From the NCBI GenBank assembly GCA_033762915.1, contig JANRLD010000023.1, positions 1-46,155 of the forward strand: 46,155 bases of DNA, written 5' to 3'. Positions within the stretch are counted from its first letter, which is position 1. Every line of letters starts with the position of its first letter. Below the pieces are notes generated by a model. That model saw only the letters and a program-made list of their open reading frames with translations. It made no database searches and had not been told where the DNA came from. The DNA comes from Meiothermus sp. (GTDB lineage: Bacteria > Deinococcota > Deinococci > Deinococcales > Thermaceae). The translations under genes and the position numbers were made by a program. Shown piece after piece: positions 24,921-34,634 of this stretch.

Positions 24921-25685
24921 GTGGAAGGAAACTTCGAGTTGATCAGCCCCATCGAGCTACTGCAACTGCTCGCGCAGGCCCGGCAGAGCGGGGCCTTCGG
25001 GGTACCGGGGGGGCAGATCTACATCGAGCGCGGCCAACCGGTTCACGCCCAGTACAAAGAGGCCAGGGGGCGCGAGGCCCTGTTCGAGATGCTGGCCCTG
25101 AGGGACGGTCAGTTCCGCTTTCTGAAGGGCGAGCGGGCCACCCAGACCACCCTCGAGGGCAGCCTCGACAACTACCTGCTCGAGGCCATCCGCTTTCTCG
25201 ACACCCGCCTCGACCTATCCCCCTTCGACGAGGTGGAACTGCTGGACCACGAGCGCATGGGCCGGATCACCCTGGACGCCGACGAGATCAGTCTGATAAA
25301 GCACCTGGCCCGGCCAATGAGCCTGCTCGAGCTGTCCGAGCGCTGCGGCCTGGGGGTAGACGCCATCGGGCTGCACATCAGCCACCTGGCCCGGCTCTCG
25401 CTGGTACAGATCAATGCCCGCACCCCGCGCACCGTCCGCCTGCGGATCGAGCGCCTCGAGAAAGCGCGGGGTACGGTAGTCCAGGTGGACACCCACCTGC
25501 TGCGGGTATGGCGCGGCCAGTACGGGGCCTTCGGCAACCTCGAGGTCAAGGACGGCGAGCGCTACCTGCAAGTCGCCATCGAGCCCCGCAGCCAGTTGGG
25601 CAAGGCCCTAATGCTCTCTGCCGACGCCCTGCGCCACTACGGGCTGAAGCCGGGGCAAGAGGTCGTGGCATGGCCTTCTCTCTAG
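24921..25685 (+). CDS. DUF4388 (PatA-N-like) domain protein
   Basis: EGNFELISPIELLQLLAQARQSG...GQIYIERGQPVHA....GREALFEML..RDGQFRF; GGAGG RBS before GTG 24921 (ATG 24849 is an alternative start). Confidence 0.85.
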   Translation: MEGNFELISPIELLQLLAQARQSGAFGVPGGQIYIERGQPVHAQYKEARGREALFEMLALRDGQFRFLKGERATQTTLEGSLDNYLLEAIRFLDTRLDLSPFDEVELLDHERMGRITLDADEISLIKHLARPMSLLELSERCGLGVDAIGLHISHLARLSLVQINARTPRTVRLRIERLEKARGTVVQVDTHLLRVWRGQYGAFGNLEVKDGERYLQVAIEPRSQLGKALMLSADALRHYGLKPGQEVVAWPSL

Positions 25686-26064
25686 CAGGGGGCGCGTAGC
25701 GGGAACCGGGCAGCGGGCCAACAGCGAAGGCCGAAAGCGACCCCCCAGAGTTACGGGGTTTATCGGTGTGTTTCGAACAAGTTGTTGGCTTATGACTCTC
25801 TGACCTTTGCAATGGTTGGCGTCGCGACCCTTTTGCCTTAACCTACAGGGCCCAGGGGCAAGGCCAACGTTTGAGCAGTCCGCACCCTCAACACCCTGCC
25901 GACTGGGAGGTTGCCTGTGATCTTGCCTTCATTTCCCCCTTCTTTCATGTATGCCTTCCTGCATACACGTATAACCCTCGCCCGTCAAGTGGGTACACAA
26001 AGCCCTCAGCAAAACATAGAATCTTTCGCAACCCGGGTGAAAACTGCGGGTCGAGGAGGAGCAG

Positions 26065-27909
26065 ATGAAGAGAATTCTAGCGTTGCTGGCCTTGAGCGGG
26101 CTGGCCCTGGCGGGACCGCAGGACAACAGTCTGATCATCGGAGCGGCGCAGGAACCCAGGGTGCTGGCGGGCGACCCGGTATCGGCGATCTCCAACCAGT
26201 CCATTAAGTTCGAGGTGGAAAACTTTCTGATGGTGCCGCTGTTGCAGACCAACCGCGACTTGGATCAGGTGCCGGTGATCGCCACCCAGGTGCCCACCCA
26301 GGCCAACGGCGGAGTTCGCTTTACCCAGGTGCGGCCCGGCGTACGGCGGCTCGAGATGGACTTCACCATTCGAAACGAGGCGGTATGGTCGGACGGCACC
26401 CCCATCAGCACTGCTGACTTCGCGCTCTACATGGAGATGGGCAAAACCCGAGGCAATCCCTCCGGCTCGCCGGACTTCTTCGACCGGGCCAACCTTCGGG
26501 TGCAGGGCACCAAGAATATGACCCTGGTCTTGGAGCCCGCCTACTTCTACGACCTCGACGTGATCCAACTCTTCTACGCCCCCAACCACATTATGCGGGC
26601 CGAGTGGGACCGGGCCAAGGCGGCCGCCGCCCAGTTGAGCGACGCTGCGCGGCAGGCCGAGATCTTCCGTAACTTCTACCAGTCTTTCTCCACCCCCCAG
26701 GCCCTCAACGCCGGGAAAATGGTATACACCGGCCCCTTCGTGCTGCGCCGCTGGACCTCCGGCTCCACGATCGACATGGAGCGCAACCCCCGCTTCTGGA
26801 TCAAGCCCCCCGGCGGCGAGGATAGATACGTGCAGCGGGTGCAGTACCGCATCATCCAGAACACCAACTCGCTGGTGGTGGCCATCCTGGGCGGCGGGAT
26901 TGACGCCAGCTCGGGCGTCTCGATCAGCTTCGACCAGGGCCGCAGCCGCCAGATCACCAGCCGGGCCCCCGGTCGCTACGAGATTTGGTTTGTCCCCACC
27001 CCCTTCTTCGAGCACATCGAGATCAACCAGTTCGAGAACGTCCGCCTAGTCAAAGATCTGGCCCTGGACAACCCCAAGACCCGCCAGGCCCTGATCTACG
27101 CCATGAACCGCGAGGCGGTCAACCGCAGCTTCTTCGACGGCCTCCAGCCCATCGCACACAGCTGGGTCTCGCCGCAGAACCCCATGTACAACCCCAACGT
27201 CACCAAGTACCCCTACAACCCCGAGCGGGCAAGGGCGCTCTTGGCCGAGTTGGGCTGGCGTCCCGGCTCCGACGGCATCCTGACCCGCAGCGTCGACGGG
27301 CGCACGGTGCGCTTCGAAATCGAGTACGTCACCACCGCCGGCAACGCCGTTCGTGAGCGCATCCAGCAGTTCCTGGGCGACAACCTGCGCCAGGTGGGAA
27401 TCGCGGTCAAGGTCAACAACGCCCCCAGCGCGGTGGTGCTGGCCGCCCCCTACCGCAGCCGGGCCGCCACCGGAACCTGGACAGGCTTCCTCAAGTTCGC
27501 CTTCAGCATGGGTCAGGCCGACGACGGGGTGCGCTCCTCGTGCCGCGACGAGAATAACGCCCTGGTCTTCGCCCCGGTGGAGGCCAACGGTTTCCGGGGG
27601 CTGAACTACGGCGGCTGGTGCAACGCCGAATACGACCGCCTGCGCAACCTGGCCGTGACCGAGTTCGACGCCGCCCGGCGCAAACAGATCTTCGCCCAAA
27701 TGCAAGACATCTGGGCCAACGAAGTCGCCATGATCCCCCTCTACTTCCAGTCCGACGCCCGCATCTTCAAGACCGGCTTAACCAACTGGGTCTCCTCCAC
27801 CTTCGCTAACTCCGGCGCCCCCAACATCGAGCCCTGGCTGATCGGCTGGAGCCAGCGCGGCGCGCAGAAGGTATACGACCAGGCCAAGTACGGTACGCGG
27901 GGGCAGTAG
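26065..27909 (+). CDS. Peptide ABC transporter substrate-binding protein (family 5, OppA/DppA-like), orphan
   Basis: Signal peptide; WSDGTPISTADF, YTGPF, RQALIYAMNR, YNPERARALLAELGW motifs; GAGGAGG RBS. Confidence 0.93.
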   Translation: MKRILALLALSGLALAGPQDNSLIIGAAQEPRVLAGDPVSAISNQSIKFEVENFLMVPLLQTNRDLDQVPVIATQVPTQANGGVRFTQVRPGVRRLEMDFTIRNEAVWSDGTPISTADFALYMEMGKTRGNPSGSPDFFDRANLRVQGTKNMTLVLEPAYFYDLDVIQLFYAPNHIMRAEWDRAKAAAAQLSDAARQAEIFRNFYQSFSTPQALNAGKMVYTGPFVLRRWTSGSTIDMERNPRFWIKPPGGEDRYVQRVQYRIIQNTNSLVVAILGGGIDASSGVSISFDQGRSRQITSRAPGRYEIWFVPTPFFEHIEINQFENVRLVKDLALDNPKTRQALIYAMNREAVNRSFFDGLQPIAHSWVSPQNPMYNPNVTKYPYNPERARALLAELGWRPGSDGILTRSVDGRTVRFEIEYVTTAGNAVRERIQQFLGDNLRQVGIAVKVNNAPSAVVLAAPYRSRAATGTWTGFLKFAFSMGQADDGVRSSCRDENNALVFAPVEANGFRGLNYGGWCNAEYDRLRNLAVTEFDAARRKQIFAQMQDIWANEVAMIPLYFQSDARIFKTGLTNWVSSTFANSGAPNIEPWLIGWSQRGAQKVYDQAKYGTRGQ

Positions 27910-27942
27910 GTTCGCAGGTCGCAAGGCACAGGTCAGACGTCG

Positions 27943-27973
27943 AAACCACGGGGCGAAGGTCGCCCCGTGGTTT
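27943..27973 (+). terminator. Intrinsic (possibly bidirectional) terminator
   Basis: AAACCACGGGGCGA-AGG-TCGCCCCGTGGTTT. Confidence 0.85.
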
Positions 27974-28342
27974 TCCCTTTGGCCTGCTGCCGAACCGCTG
28001 GTCCAGCACGAGATGAAACCCTCACCCCCGCACGAAGGCGGGCGGTTTTACAGGCCTTTCGCTTTGGTATTCGGCATTTGGAACGGTCTGCATGAACTGC
28101 GACATGCCGCCTGCCGACGCCCGCAAGGAATTGCACCGGGCGCGATTTACCGTATCCGCCGGTTACGCCCTTCTACCCTGGCGCGACTAGAACGGTGCGC
28201 AGGAGTTTCTACCTGCGAGCCCTGGCCTTCGTCTTTAGAAGCGCGGCATGCTAACACCTACGCCCTACTCACGTTACTTTTACCCTGCCTTAAACGCGCC
28301 ATGTAACCTTGACATGCAGTTGTAACTGCTCCAAAATTAGGA

Positions 28343-28750
28343 ATGGAGCGCCAAAATTCCCTTCGTCAATCCGAGGTCTGGCACGACGTAGAGGTACACC
28401 TCGAGCTTTCTATGGGGTTCGACCCCGAAGAACTCAGCAAGCGCCACCCCGGCCTTGCGCTGGTGATGGCCGAGATGCTGGTGGGGCCGCCGCGCAGGTG
28501 GCGCGAGCCGGTGGAGCTGCTGCCCTTCGCCGGGCTGAAGTCGCTCGAGGCCAAGTTGCCGCGCTTGCGTTTCACGCCCGCCGAGACCCGCCCACTAGCC
28601 CAGGCCTTGGACCGGATGTTCACCGCAATCGAGTTCGACATCGTGGGGCACAAGATACTGGCAGTTCCGCCGCCCTCAAGACTGATCCAGCTCGAGGGCG
28701 GATGGCGGGCTCCCAGCACCATCTGGCTCTGTCACCAGCCACTTGCTTAG
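28343..28750 (+). CDS. Hypothetical protein (135 aa)
   Basis: TTGACA-17-CAAAAT promoter ending 5 nt before ATG; plausible codon usage; no recognised family. Confidence 0.6.
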   Translation: MERQNSLRQSEVWHDVEVHLELSMGFDPEELSKRHPGLALVMAEMLVGPPRRWREPVELLPFAGLKSLEAKLPRLRFTPAETRPLAQALDRMFTAIEFDIVGHKILAVPPPSRLIQLEGGWRAPSTIWLCHQPLA

Positions 28751-28765
28751 AGCGGTTCCCACACA

Positions 28766-28798
28766 TACGCCCTACAGCAAAAACCGCTGTAGGGCGTA
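28766..28798. repeat. GTAG-type REP-like inverted repeat / terminator
   Basis: TACGCCCTACAGC-AAAAACC-GCTGTAGGGCGTA; another TGTAGGGC at ~28893. Confidence 0.6.
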
Positions 28799-29141
28799 CA
28801 TTATTTGCCGTCGCGAGGGAGGTAAGGGTGGGAAACGCGATAAATGTCTGTAAGGTTACGACATGCCACCCGCCCACTCCCGCAGGGAACTGTGTAGGGC
28901 ACGATTTACCACTTCTGCCGATTCCGGACCTCTACCCTGAGGCAGCTTAGATGAGCCCGGGAGCAACCAAAAAACTTCCTCCACACATAGCTGTGAAAGA
29001 GTTTTTTAAGAACTGGCTGAGTTGTGGAGAAGCTGTGAAATTGAGGCTAATTTTATGCTTATTTGACCACTTTTCTTGGACTTGGTTCATGTTTTTTATT
29101 TCGTCCAGAACAACATAAACCCAAGTTAAGTGCAATTCCAC

Positions 29142-29200
29142 TGGACAACTGCTAAGGTGGGTGCTAGACTCGGTGTCGCTGAGATGTAAACGGTTACATC
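29142..29200 (+). promoter_or_regulatory. Promoter with LacI-family-like operator
   Basis: TGGACA-17-TAGACT (extended TG), then GATGTAA-ACGG-TTACATC at 29183-29200. Confidence 0.65.
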
Positions 29201-29219
29201 CAGTACCCCTGAGAACAAC

Positions 29220-29666
29220 ATGAAGAGGTCTAAAATGGGTGGTGACCCTATGGTTTTGCATGCCGAGATGAACCAGAACCTGGACGCGCTGGTGGAGCGT
29301 GCTTGGGTTCTTCTTAAAAGCGGAAACCCCTCCGCACTTCCGCTTGCCCAGGAAGCCGAGCGCCTGGCCCGCCAGCAGGCCGACGAGTACAACTTCGCCC
29401 AAAGTCAGTTCTTGCTGGGCGTGAGCGCACTCGATGCTGGCAGACCCGAGGAGGCCCTGCAAGAACTCACCAACGCCCTCACCCGCTTCCGCTGGTTCAA
29501 CGACGCCGAGCGCGAGTGGTACGCCCTGGTCACCATCGCCCAGACCTGGTACGTGCTTGACGACTACGACCAGATGCACCAAACCTTGATGGCCGCCAAG
29601 CAGCTCGAGGCCCCGCTCCCCGAGGCCAAGTTCCGCTGGCTCGACCGCATCGGGATGGTCCGCTAG
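29220..29666 (+). CDS. Small tetratricopeptide-repeat-like helical protein (start uncertain: 29220, 29235 or 29250)
   Basis: A..LAQEAERLA...AQSQFLLG......GRPEEALQEL..AL..FR pattern of TPR helices. Confidence 0.75.
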   Translation: MKRSKMGGDPMVLHAEMNQNLDALVERAWVLLKSGNPSALPLAQEAERLARQQADEYNFAQSQFLLGVSALDAGRPEEALQELTNALTRFRWFNDAEREWYALVTIAQTWYVLDDYDQMHQTLMAAKQLEAPLPEAKFRWLDRIGMVR

Positions 29667-29798
29667 CGCTCCGAGACATCCACGGACAACGGTCGAAGGT
29701 CAAGGGACAAAACCCCGTCTACACATTCGCCCGATACCGCTCTTATACGTCAGCTGTCGCCTGGGTTCTGTCTTTCCCTTCCCCCTTCGCGCCCCCTG

Positions 29799-29825
29799 GC
29801 CCCCTCCCGTCGGGAGGGGGCTTTG
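29799..29825 (+). terminator. Intrinsic terminator
   Basis: GCCCCCTCCCG-T-CGGGAGGGGGC followed by TTT. Confidence 0.7.
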
Positions 29826-29952
29826 CTCTGCTCTTTCCGCTGTCCCCTCTCCCTCTCAACACCTTTGGTCTCCCTGATCCTGCCCAATCTCCATGTTGCG
29901 CCCGCAAGACGCGCAAGCCACCGCCCCGCCGGCTAAACCTGCGTGGGAGGAA

Positions 29953-30753
29953 TTAACCCCTCACCCAGCCCAGCGCCGCTGAAACCGCATCCGCCGCTTT
30001 TCTCACGCGGCTGCCCAGGGCCTCGAGGCGTTCGTCGGGCACACGGCTGGCGGGAGCAGATAGCGACATCGAGGCCACCACCCGGCCGCGGTTGTCATGA
30101 ACCGGGGTGGCGATGCAGCGCACGCCGTCCTCGCGCTCCTCGTCGTCCATCGCGAATCCGCGCCGCTTGGCGACCTCGAGGGCTTCCAGAAAGCCGGTGA
30201 TGGTGGTGAGGGTCTTGGCGGTGAACGGCCTTAACGGTCCCGCACCTACCATGCGGCGGATGTCGGGCTCGGCGTGCTCGAGCAAGAGCGCCTTACCCAC
30301 GCCGGTGCAGTAGAGCGGCGCCCTGGCCCCGATCCGGGTGAACATGCGGATGAGCTGTCGGCCCTCGACCTGGGCGATGTAGACGGCCTCGTTGCCATCC
30401 AGGACTGCGAGGTTGACGGTCTCGTTGAGCTCGTCGACCAGCCGCTCCATCTCGGGCAGTGCAGCGTCAATGAGGCCACCCCTGGTGAGAAAAGCCGACC
30501 CGACCTGATAGGCCCGCAGCCCAATCTTCCACAAGCCTTTGCTCTCGTCCCAGTCGGCGAAGCCCCGGCGGCGTAGCGTCTCGAGCAGGCGGTAGGCGGT
30601 GCTGGGCGATAGGCTGGTGCGCCGCGCCAGGTCGGACAGGCTCATGGTCTCGGCCTCGGACAACACCTCAAGTAGGTGCAGGCCGCGCTCGAGGGTACGA
30701 ACCTCCCCCACCTCGGTGGTGCGGGTGCGGCCCGGACGGCGTGAGGTCTCCAT
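29953..30753 (-). CDS. IclR/AllR family transcriptional regulator
   Basis: VRTLERGLHLLE..HTH..STAYRLLETL, ETVNLAVLDG, PLYCTGVGKALL, DEE...GVRCIA; TAATCT -10 box 7 nt before ATG 30753; divergent from malate synthase. Confidence 0.95.
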   Translation of the reverse strand: METSRRPGRTRTTEVGEVRTLERGLHLLEVLSEAETMSLSDLARRTSLSPSTAYRLLETLRRRGFADWDESKGLWKIGLRAYQVGSAFLTRGGLIDAALPEMERLVDELNETVNLAVLDGNEAVYIAQVEGRQLIRMFTRIGARAPLYCTGVGKALLLEHAEPDIRRMVGAGPLRPFTAKTLTTITGFLEALEVAKRRGFAMDDEEREDGVRCIATPVHDNRGRVVASMSLSAPASRVPDERLEALGSRVRKAADAVSAALGWVRG

Positions 30754-30774
30754 AGGGGCCAGATTATCATTATT

Positions 30775-30833
30775 TTTTACTATGTGCAAAATATTGTCAT
30801 TCCTTGACAAATAAGTGAGGAACATTCTAGGCT
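30775..30833 (+). promoter_or_regulatory. aceB promoter with candidate IclR operator
   Basis: TTGACA(30804)-18-TAGGCT; inverted repeat TTGTCA-TTCCT-TGACAA (30794-30810) overlaps the -35 box; AT-rich divergent region. Confidence 0.6.
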
Positions 30834-30881
30834 GGAGTGACGGAGGAAGCGGAGGAAGTGGAGGAAGGTGGAGGCAACAGG

Positions 30882-30995
30882 ATGGCTTGGATACAGGGTA
30901 AGCGGGCCGCTCACGGCGCAGCTCTCGACAAGGTCTTCTTTGCGGCGTGTCTGGAGTATCTACGTGCCCGACATCGGCAGCCCCAAGGCACTTGA
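30882..30995 (+). CDS. Candidate 37-aa leader peptide upstream of aceB
   Basis: GGAGG 7 nt before ATG; MAWIQGKRAAHGAALDKVFFAACLEYLRARHRQPQGT; below the ORF-track length cutoff. Confidence 0.4.
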   Translation: MAWIQGKRAAHGAALDKVFFAACLEYLRARHRQPQGT

Positions 30996-31137
30996 CCTCG
31001 AGCGCCCTGGGCCCAGCGGCAGCCTCGGAATTTTCGCTTAAGCGCGAAGTGGCCGTTCGGCTCCCTCCTTAATCTACCGCGTCCCTTCTACTGACTTTCG
31101 ACCTTACTTCCCTCCAGCCCGCTCACAAGGAGCCCCC

Positions 31138-32709
31138 ATGACCCAGAACCAGCCCAAAGGCATCCAGATTATCGGCGCGCAACTCCCCGCCTCGAGTACC
31201 GTCCTGACCTCCGAAGCACTGGCCTTCCTGGCGGCACTGCAGCGGGAGTTCAACCCGGTGCGCAAGGGGCTGTTGCAGCGGAGGACGGAGGTGGCGGCCC
31301 GCATCAAGGCCGGCGAGAAGCCGGGGTTTCTCGAGCACACCCGTTTCATGCGCGAGAGAGAGTGGAAGGTCGCGCCCGCGCCCGCCGACCTGAACGACCG
31401 CCGAACCGAGATTACCGGCCCCACCGAGCGCAAGATGATGATCAACGCGCTCAACTCCGGCGCAAAGGTCTTCATGGCCGACTGCGAAGACTCGCTCTCC
31501 CCCACCTGGGAGAACGTGGTACAGGGGCAGCAGAACCTGATGGATGCGGTCAGGCGGACGATCCGCCTCGAGACCCCCGAGAAAACCTACGCCCTCAACG
31601 AGACCATTGCTACCCTGCTGGTGCGCCCGCGCGGCTGGCACCTGAATGAGCGGCACGTCCTGGTGGACGGCGAGGCCATGTCGGGAAGCCTGTTCGACTT
31701 CGGGCTGTACTTTTTCCACAATGCCAAAGAGCTGCTCTCCAGGGGCTCCGGCCCTTACTTCTACCTTCCCAAGATCGAGAGCCACCTCGAGGCGCGGCTG
31801 TGGAACGACGTCTTCGTGTTCGCGCAGGACTACTGCGGGGTGCCGCAGGGCAGCATCCGGGCCACCATGCTGATCGAGACCATTCTGGCGGCCTTCGAGA
31901 TGGAGGAGTTGCTCTACGAGTTGCGCGATCACGCAGCAGGCCTCAACGCGGGACGCTGGGACTACATCTTTAGCTGCATCAAGAAGTTCGCCACCGAAGA
32001 TGTGATCTTCCCCGATCGCGCCCAGATCACCATGACGGTGCCCTTCATGCGGGCCTACACCGAGCTGCTGGTGCGGACCTGCCACCGTCGCGGGGCGCAC
32101 GCCATCGGGGGCATGTCGGCCTTCATCCCCAACCGCCGCGACCCCGAGGTGACCGCCAAGGCCATCGACCAGGTAACCAAGGACAAGCAGCGCGAGTCCG
32201 GTGACGGCTTCGACGGCACCTGGGTGGCCCACCCCGATCTGGTTCCAGTAGCGCTGGGCGTGTTTGACGGCGTGCTGGGCCAGAAGCCCAACCAGAAGGA
32301 CCGGCTGCGCGAGGAGGTGAACGTGCAGGGCCACCAGCTCATCGACTTCCGCATCGAGGGCGGCAAAGTCACCGAGGGCGGGGTGCGGAACAACATCAGT
32401 GTGGAGTTGCAGTACATGGCGGCCTGGATGGGCGGCAGCGGGGCGGTGGCGATCTTCAACCTGATGGAAGACGCCGCGACTGCGGAAATCTCGAGGTCGC
32501 AGCTATGGCAGTGGCTGCAAAAAGGCGCAAAGCTGGAAGACGGGCGGGCCTTCACCCTCGAGATGTACCACCAGCTCAAGGGGGAAGAGATGGCGAAACT
32601 GGCCGGGATGAAAAACCTCGAGGCCGCCGCCAAACTGCTCGACGACCTGGTGCTACAGCCCGAGTTCAAGGAGTTCCTGACCCTGCCCGCCTACGAGCAG
32701 CTGGGGTAA
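31138..32709 (+). CDS. aceB: Malate synthase A
   Basis: [66 protein letters not shown]. Confidence 0.98.
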   Translation: MTQNQPKGIQIIGAQLPASSTVLTSEALAFLAALQREFNPVRKGLLQRRTEVAARIKAGEKPGFLEHTRFMREREWKVAPAPADLNDRRTEITGPTERKMMINALNSGAKVFMADCEDSLSPTWENVVQGQQNLMDAVRRTIRLETPEKTYALNETIATLLVRPRGWHLNERHVLVDGEAMSGSLFDFGLYFFHNAKELLSRGSGPYFYLPKIESHLEARLWNDVFVFAQDYCGVPQGSIRATMLIETILAAFEMEELLYELRDHAAGLNAGRWDYIFSCIKKFATEDVIFPDRAQITMTVPFMRAYTELLVRTCHRRGAHAIGGMSAFIPNRRDPEVTAKAIDQVTKDKQRESGDGFDGTWVAHPDLVPVALGVFDGVLGQKPNQKDRLREEVNVQGHQLIDFRIEGGKVTEGGVRNNISVELQYMAAWMGGSGAVAIFNLMEDAATAEISRSQLWQWLQKGAKLEDGRAFTLEMYHQLKGEEMAKLAGMKNLEAAAKLLDDLVLQPEFKEFLTLPAYEQLG

Positions 32710-32724
32710 CCAGACCCTCAAGCA

Positions 32725-32760
32725 GCCGTCCGCCGGGCCACTTTGGGGTCGGCGGACGGC
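32725..32760 (+). terminator. Hairpin after aceB
   Basis: GCCGTCCGCCG...CGGCGGACGGC, 11-bp stem. Confidence 0.55.
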
Positions 32761-33118
32761 GTCATGTACTGCCCAGGAACTCTGCCGGACCTCGGCTGGG
32801 CCAACGGCTTGCTGTCGCGCTCAATGAAGCAGCAGCAACGAGCCTCCAACCACCAATAGAAGCCCCAGACCAATCATCACCATGTAGCGACCCAATGTCT
32901 CAAAGCTCATATCTTCGACCGCCTTTCGAGAACCACAATTACCGCCGATCGCGGGTTAGTGAGCAGTATGGCCGGGCGGAACGAATTTGTCGCTCACAGC
33001 GGGCGTTATGGCCCATTAACTCGAGGCTCGGCGGCATTAACCGACGTTATTGCCTGGGAGGCCCCGGCCTTTAACCTCTGCTCACACGGCCCTCTAGCTC
33101 TGCCCCAACAATGAGCCC

Positions 33119-33679
33119 ATGCGCCGAGTTATCGCGGTGACGGTACTTCTGGGCTTCACGCTGGCGGCCACCCCCTACAGCTACAGCGCTTTCAAAGCCG
33201 AACTGACCCGCCAGACCCAGAACAAGGGCCCGGCGGCAGTGCTCTCGTTGGCCCGGATGCAGCAGCTCCTGCCCACCGGCTGCGGCGGGCAGCGCGCGCG
33301 GGTGCTGGAGGCCACCGCCCGCAACGCCGGGCGGGCCGCCCCGCCCTTGGTAGTGCTGGGTTACGGCCCGATGCGGGTGACGCTGGTGGACTACGGCGGC
33401 CTACGCGGGGCCGACCGTCTGCGCCTCTTCGACATTGGCCCCCGCCTCTACGACACCCGCGTAAACCCCAAGTGGAAGACCCCCACCCTGGCCTACCGTC
33501 CCAACCCCCGCGCCGTCGGCTTCGGCTACCGGGCCGCCGACAACAACGCCGAAATCCGCCTGGCCGTGGGCGGCCGCTTCGACCTGCGCCTCGAGCAGTT
33601 CAATGCCACCAGCATGAAAGCCCTCGAGGGCTGCCTGGGGCGGGTGAACATGGGCGAGTTGCTGAGGGTGAGCCGGTAG
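33119..33679 (+). CDS. Secreted hypothetical protein (186 aa)
   Basis: Signal peptide MRRVIAVTVLLGFTLA; two Cys; strong GC3 codon bias. Confidence 0.75.
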   Translation: MRRVIAVTVLLGFTLAATPYSYSAFKAELTRQTQNKGPAAVLSLARMQQLLPTGCGGQRARVLEATARNAGRAAPPLVVLGYGPMRVTLVDYGGLRGADRLRLFDIGPRLYDTRVNPKWKTPTLAYRPNPRAVGFGYRAADNNAEIRLAVGGRFDLRLEQFNATSMKALEGCLGRVNMGELLRVSR

Positions 33680-33751
33680 CAGGCGCGCAGTGGGCAGAGC
33701 GGAATGCCTCGGGGGCTCCCTCCTGCGGCCTCTCCCAACCCCTCCGCGCCC

Positions 33752-34432
33752 CTAGCGGTGCTTCAGCGCCTCCCGCACCGTCAGCGCCGAGAACCGACCC
33801 CGATGGTGATCGACGAAGGCGTAGACCAGGCCCGCGTCCACCTTGGCGTACTCGCGCAGCGCCCAGCCGATGGCCTTGCGAATGAAGAACTCCTGGTCGG
33901 CAGCGTTGTGCAAGGCGTAGTCAAAGAGACGTTCGGCGTCTGTTTCAGCCCTGTAGCCAAGCTGGTGGATGATGGCGGAGCGGCGCAGCCAGAAGTTGGG
34001 GTGGCGGCTCCAGCGGTCCATCTCGAGCCTCAGCTCCGGAAAGCGCCTGACCAGGGGCGAGACGAGGTTGCTCGAGAGGTCGTCTACGCTGTCCCACCAG
34101 GACTTTTGCGGGATCAGCTCCTCAGCCAGCCGGAGGTTTTCGGCCCTCAGTACCTTGCGCTCGGCCCACAGCAGCAGTGCGGCGGCGTACTGGTACTCGC
34201 GCTCGTCCAGCCCCCAGAGAAGCCTCGAGGACTGCTCGAGCCATGCTGCATCCACCCTCCCCCTGACCCGGACGAGCATTGGCCGCAGCGTTGTCTCTAG
34301 AAGCGGACGGGGCAAGCCCAAAAAGGGAAAGTGGTTCTTCATGTATTTGGCCATCGGGCCGGCCTTGAGCGGGTTGCGGGCAGCCTCGAGGGCCTCCCCC
34401 ACTTCGGCGACGAACTGCGCGGGACTGGGCAT
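33752..34432 (-). CDS. DNA alkylation repair protein (AlkD-like)
   Basis: MAKYMKNHFPFLG, EREYQY, SWWDSVD, NFWLRRSAI, EFFIRKAIGWALREYAK; start may be 34441. Confidence 0.92.
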   Translation of the reverse strand: MPSPAQFVAEVGEALEAARNPLKAGPMAKYMKNHFPFLGLPRPLLETTLRPMLVRVRGRVDAAWLEQSSRLLWGLDEREYQYAAALLLWAERKVLRAENLRLAEELIPQKSWWDSVDDLSSNLVSPLVRRFPELRLEMDRWSRHPNFWLRRSAIIHQLGYRAETDAERLFDYALHNAADQEFFIRKAIGWALREYAKVDAGLVYAFVDHHRGRFSALTVREALKHR

Positions 34433-34513
34433 CTCACCCATAGCATAACCCGCAGTGAGGCGGAGCCCTGAGGTTGCGCCAAGGTATCTGTGAAGCGGCA
34501 GAAAGCCGTGAAA

Positions 34514-34563
34514 GCAAGCACTGGTGCAAGCACTGGTGCAAGCACTGGTGCAAGCACTGGTGC
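34514..34563. repeat. Tandem repeat (GCAAGCACTGGT) x4
   Basis: Four exact 12-bp units plus GC, between divergent genes. Confidence 0.95.
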
Positions 34564-34634
34564 TATTCCCTCTGGACGTTTCGGGGCGGCATTTCGCACT
34601 TCAACCATGGGAGCACTTGGTATACTCGAGCCCT

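Noticed and set aside
25790..25845. Minus-strand GGCAAA...GCAAA spacing resembling a c-di-GMP-I riboswitch (also ~41595)
   Set aside because: The required P1/P2 pairing and tetraloop receptor could not be formed
32770..33074. ORF 32505-33074 or a gene remnant after aceB
   Set aside because: Overlaps aceB and its hairpin; no protein-like signal
34514..34563. Possible CRISPR array
   Set aside because: 12-bp head-to-tail repeats with no spacers and no cas genes; the upstream extension of ORF 34524 is only the repeat translated
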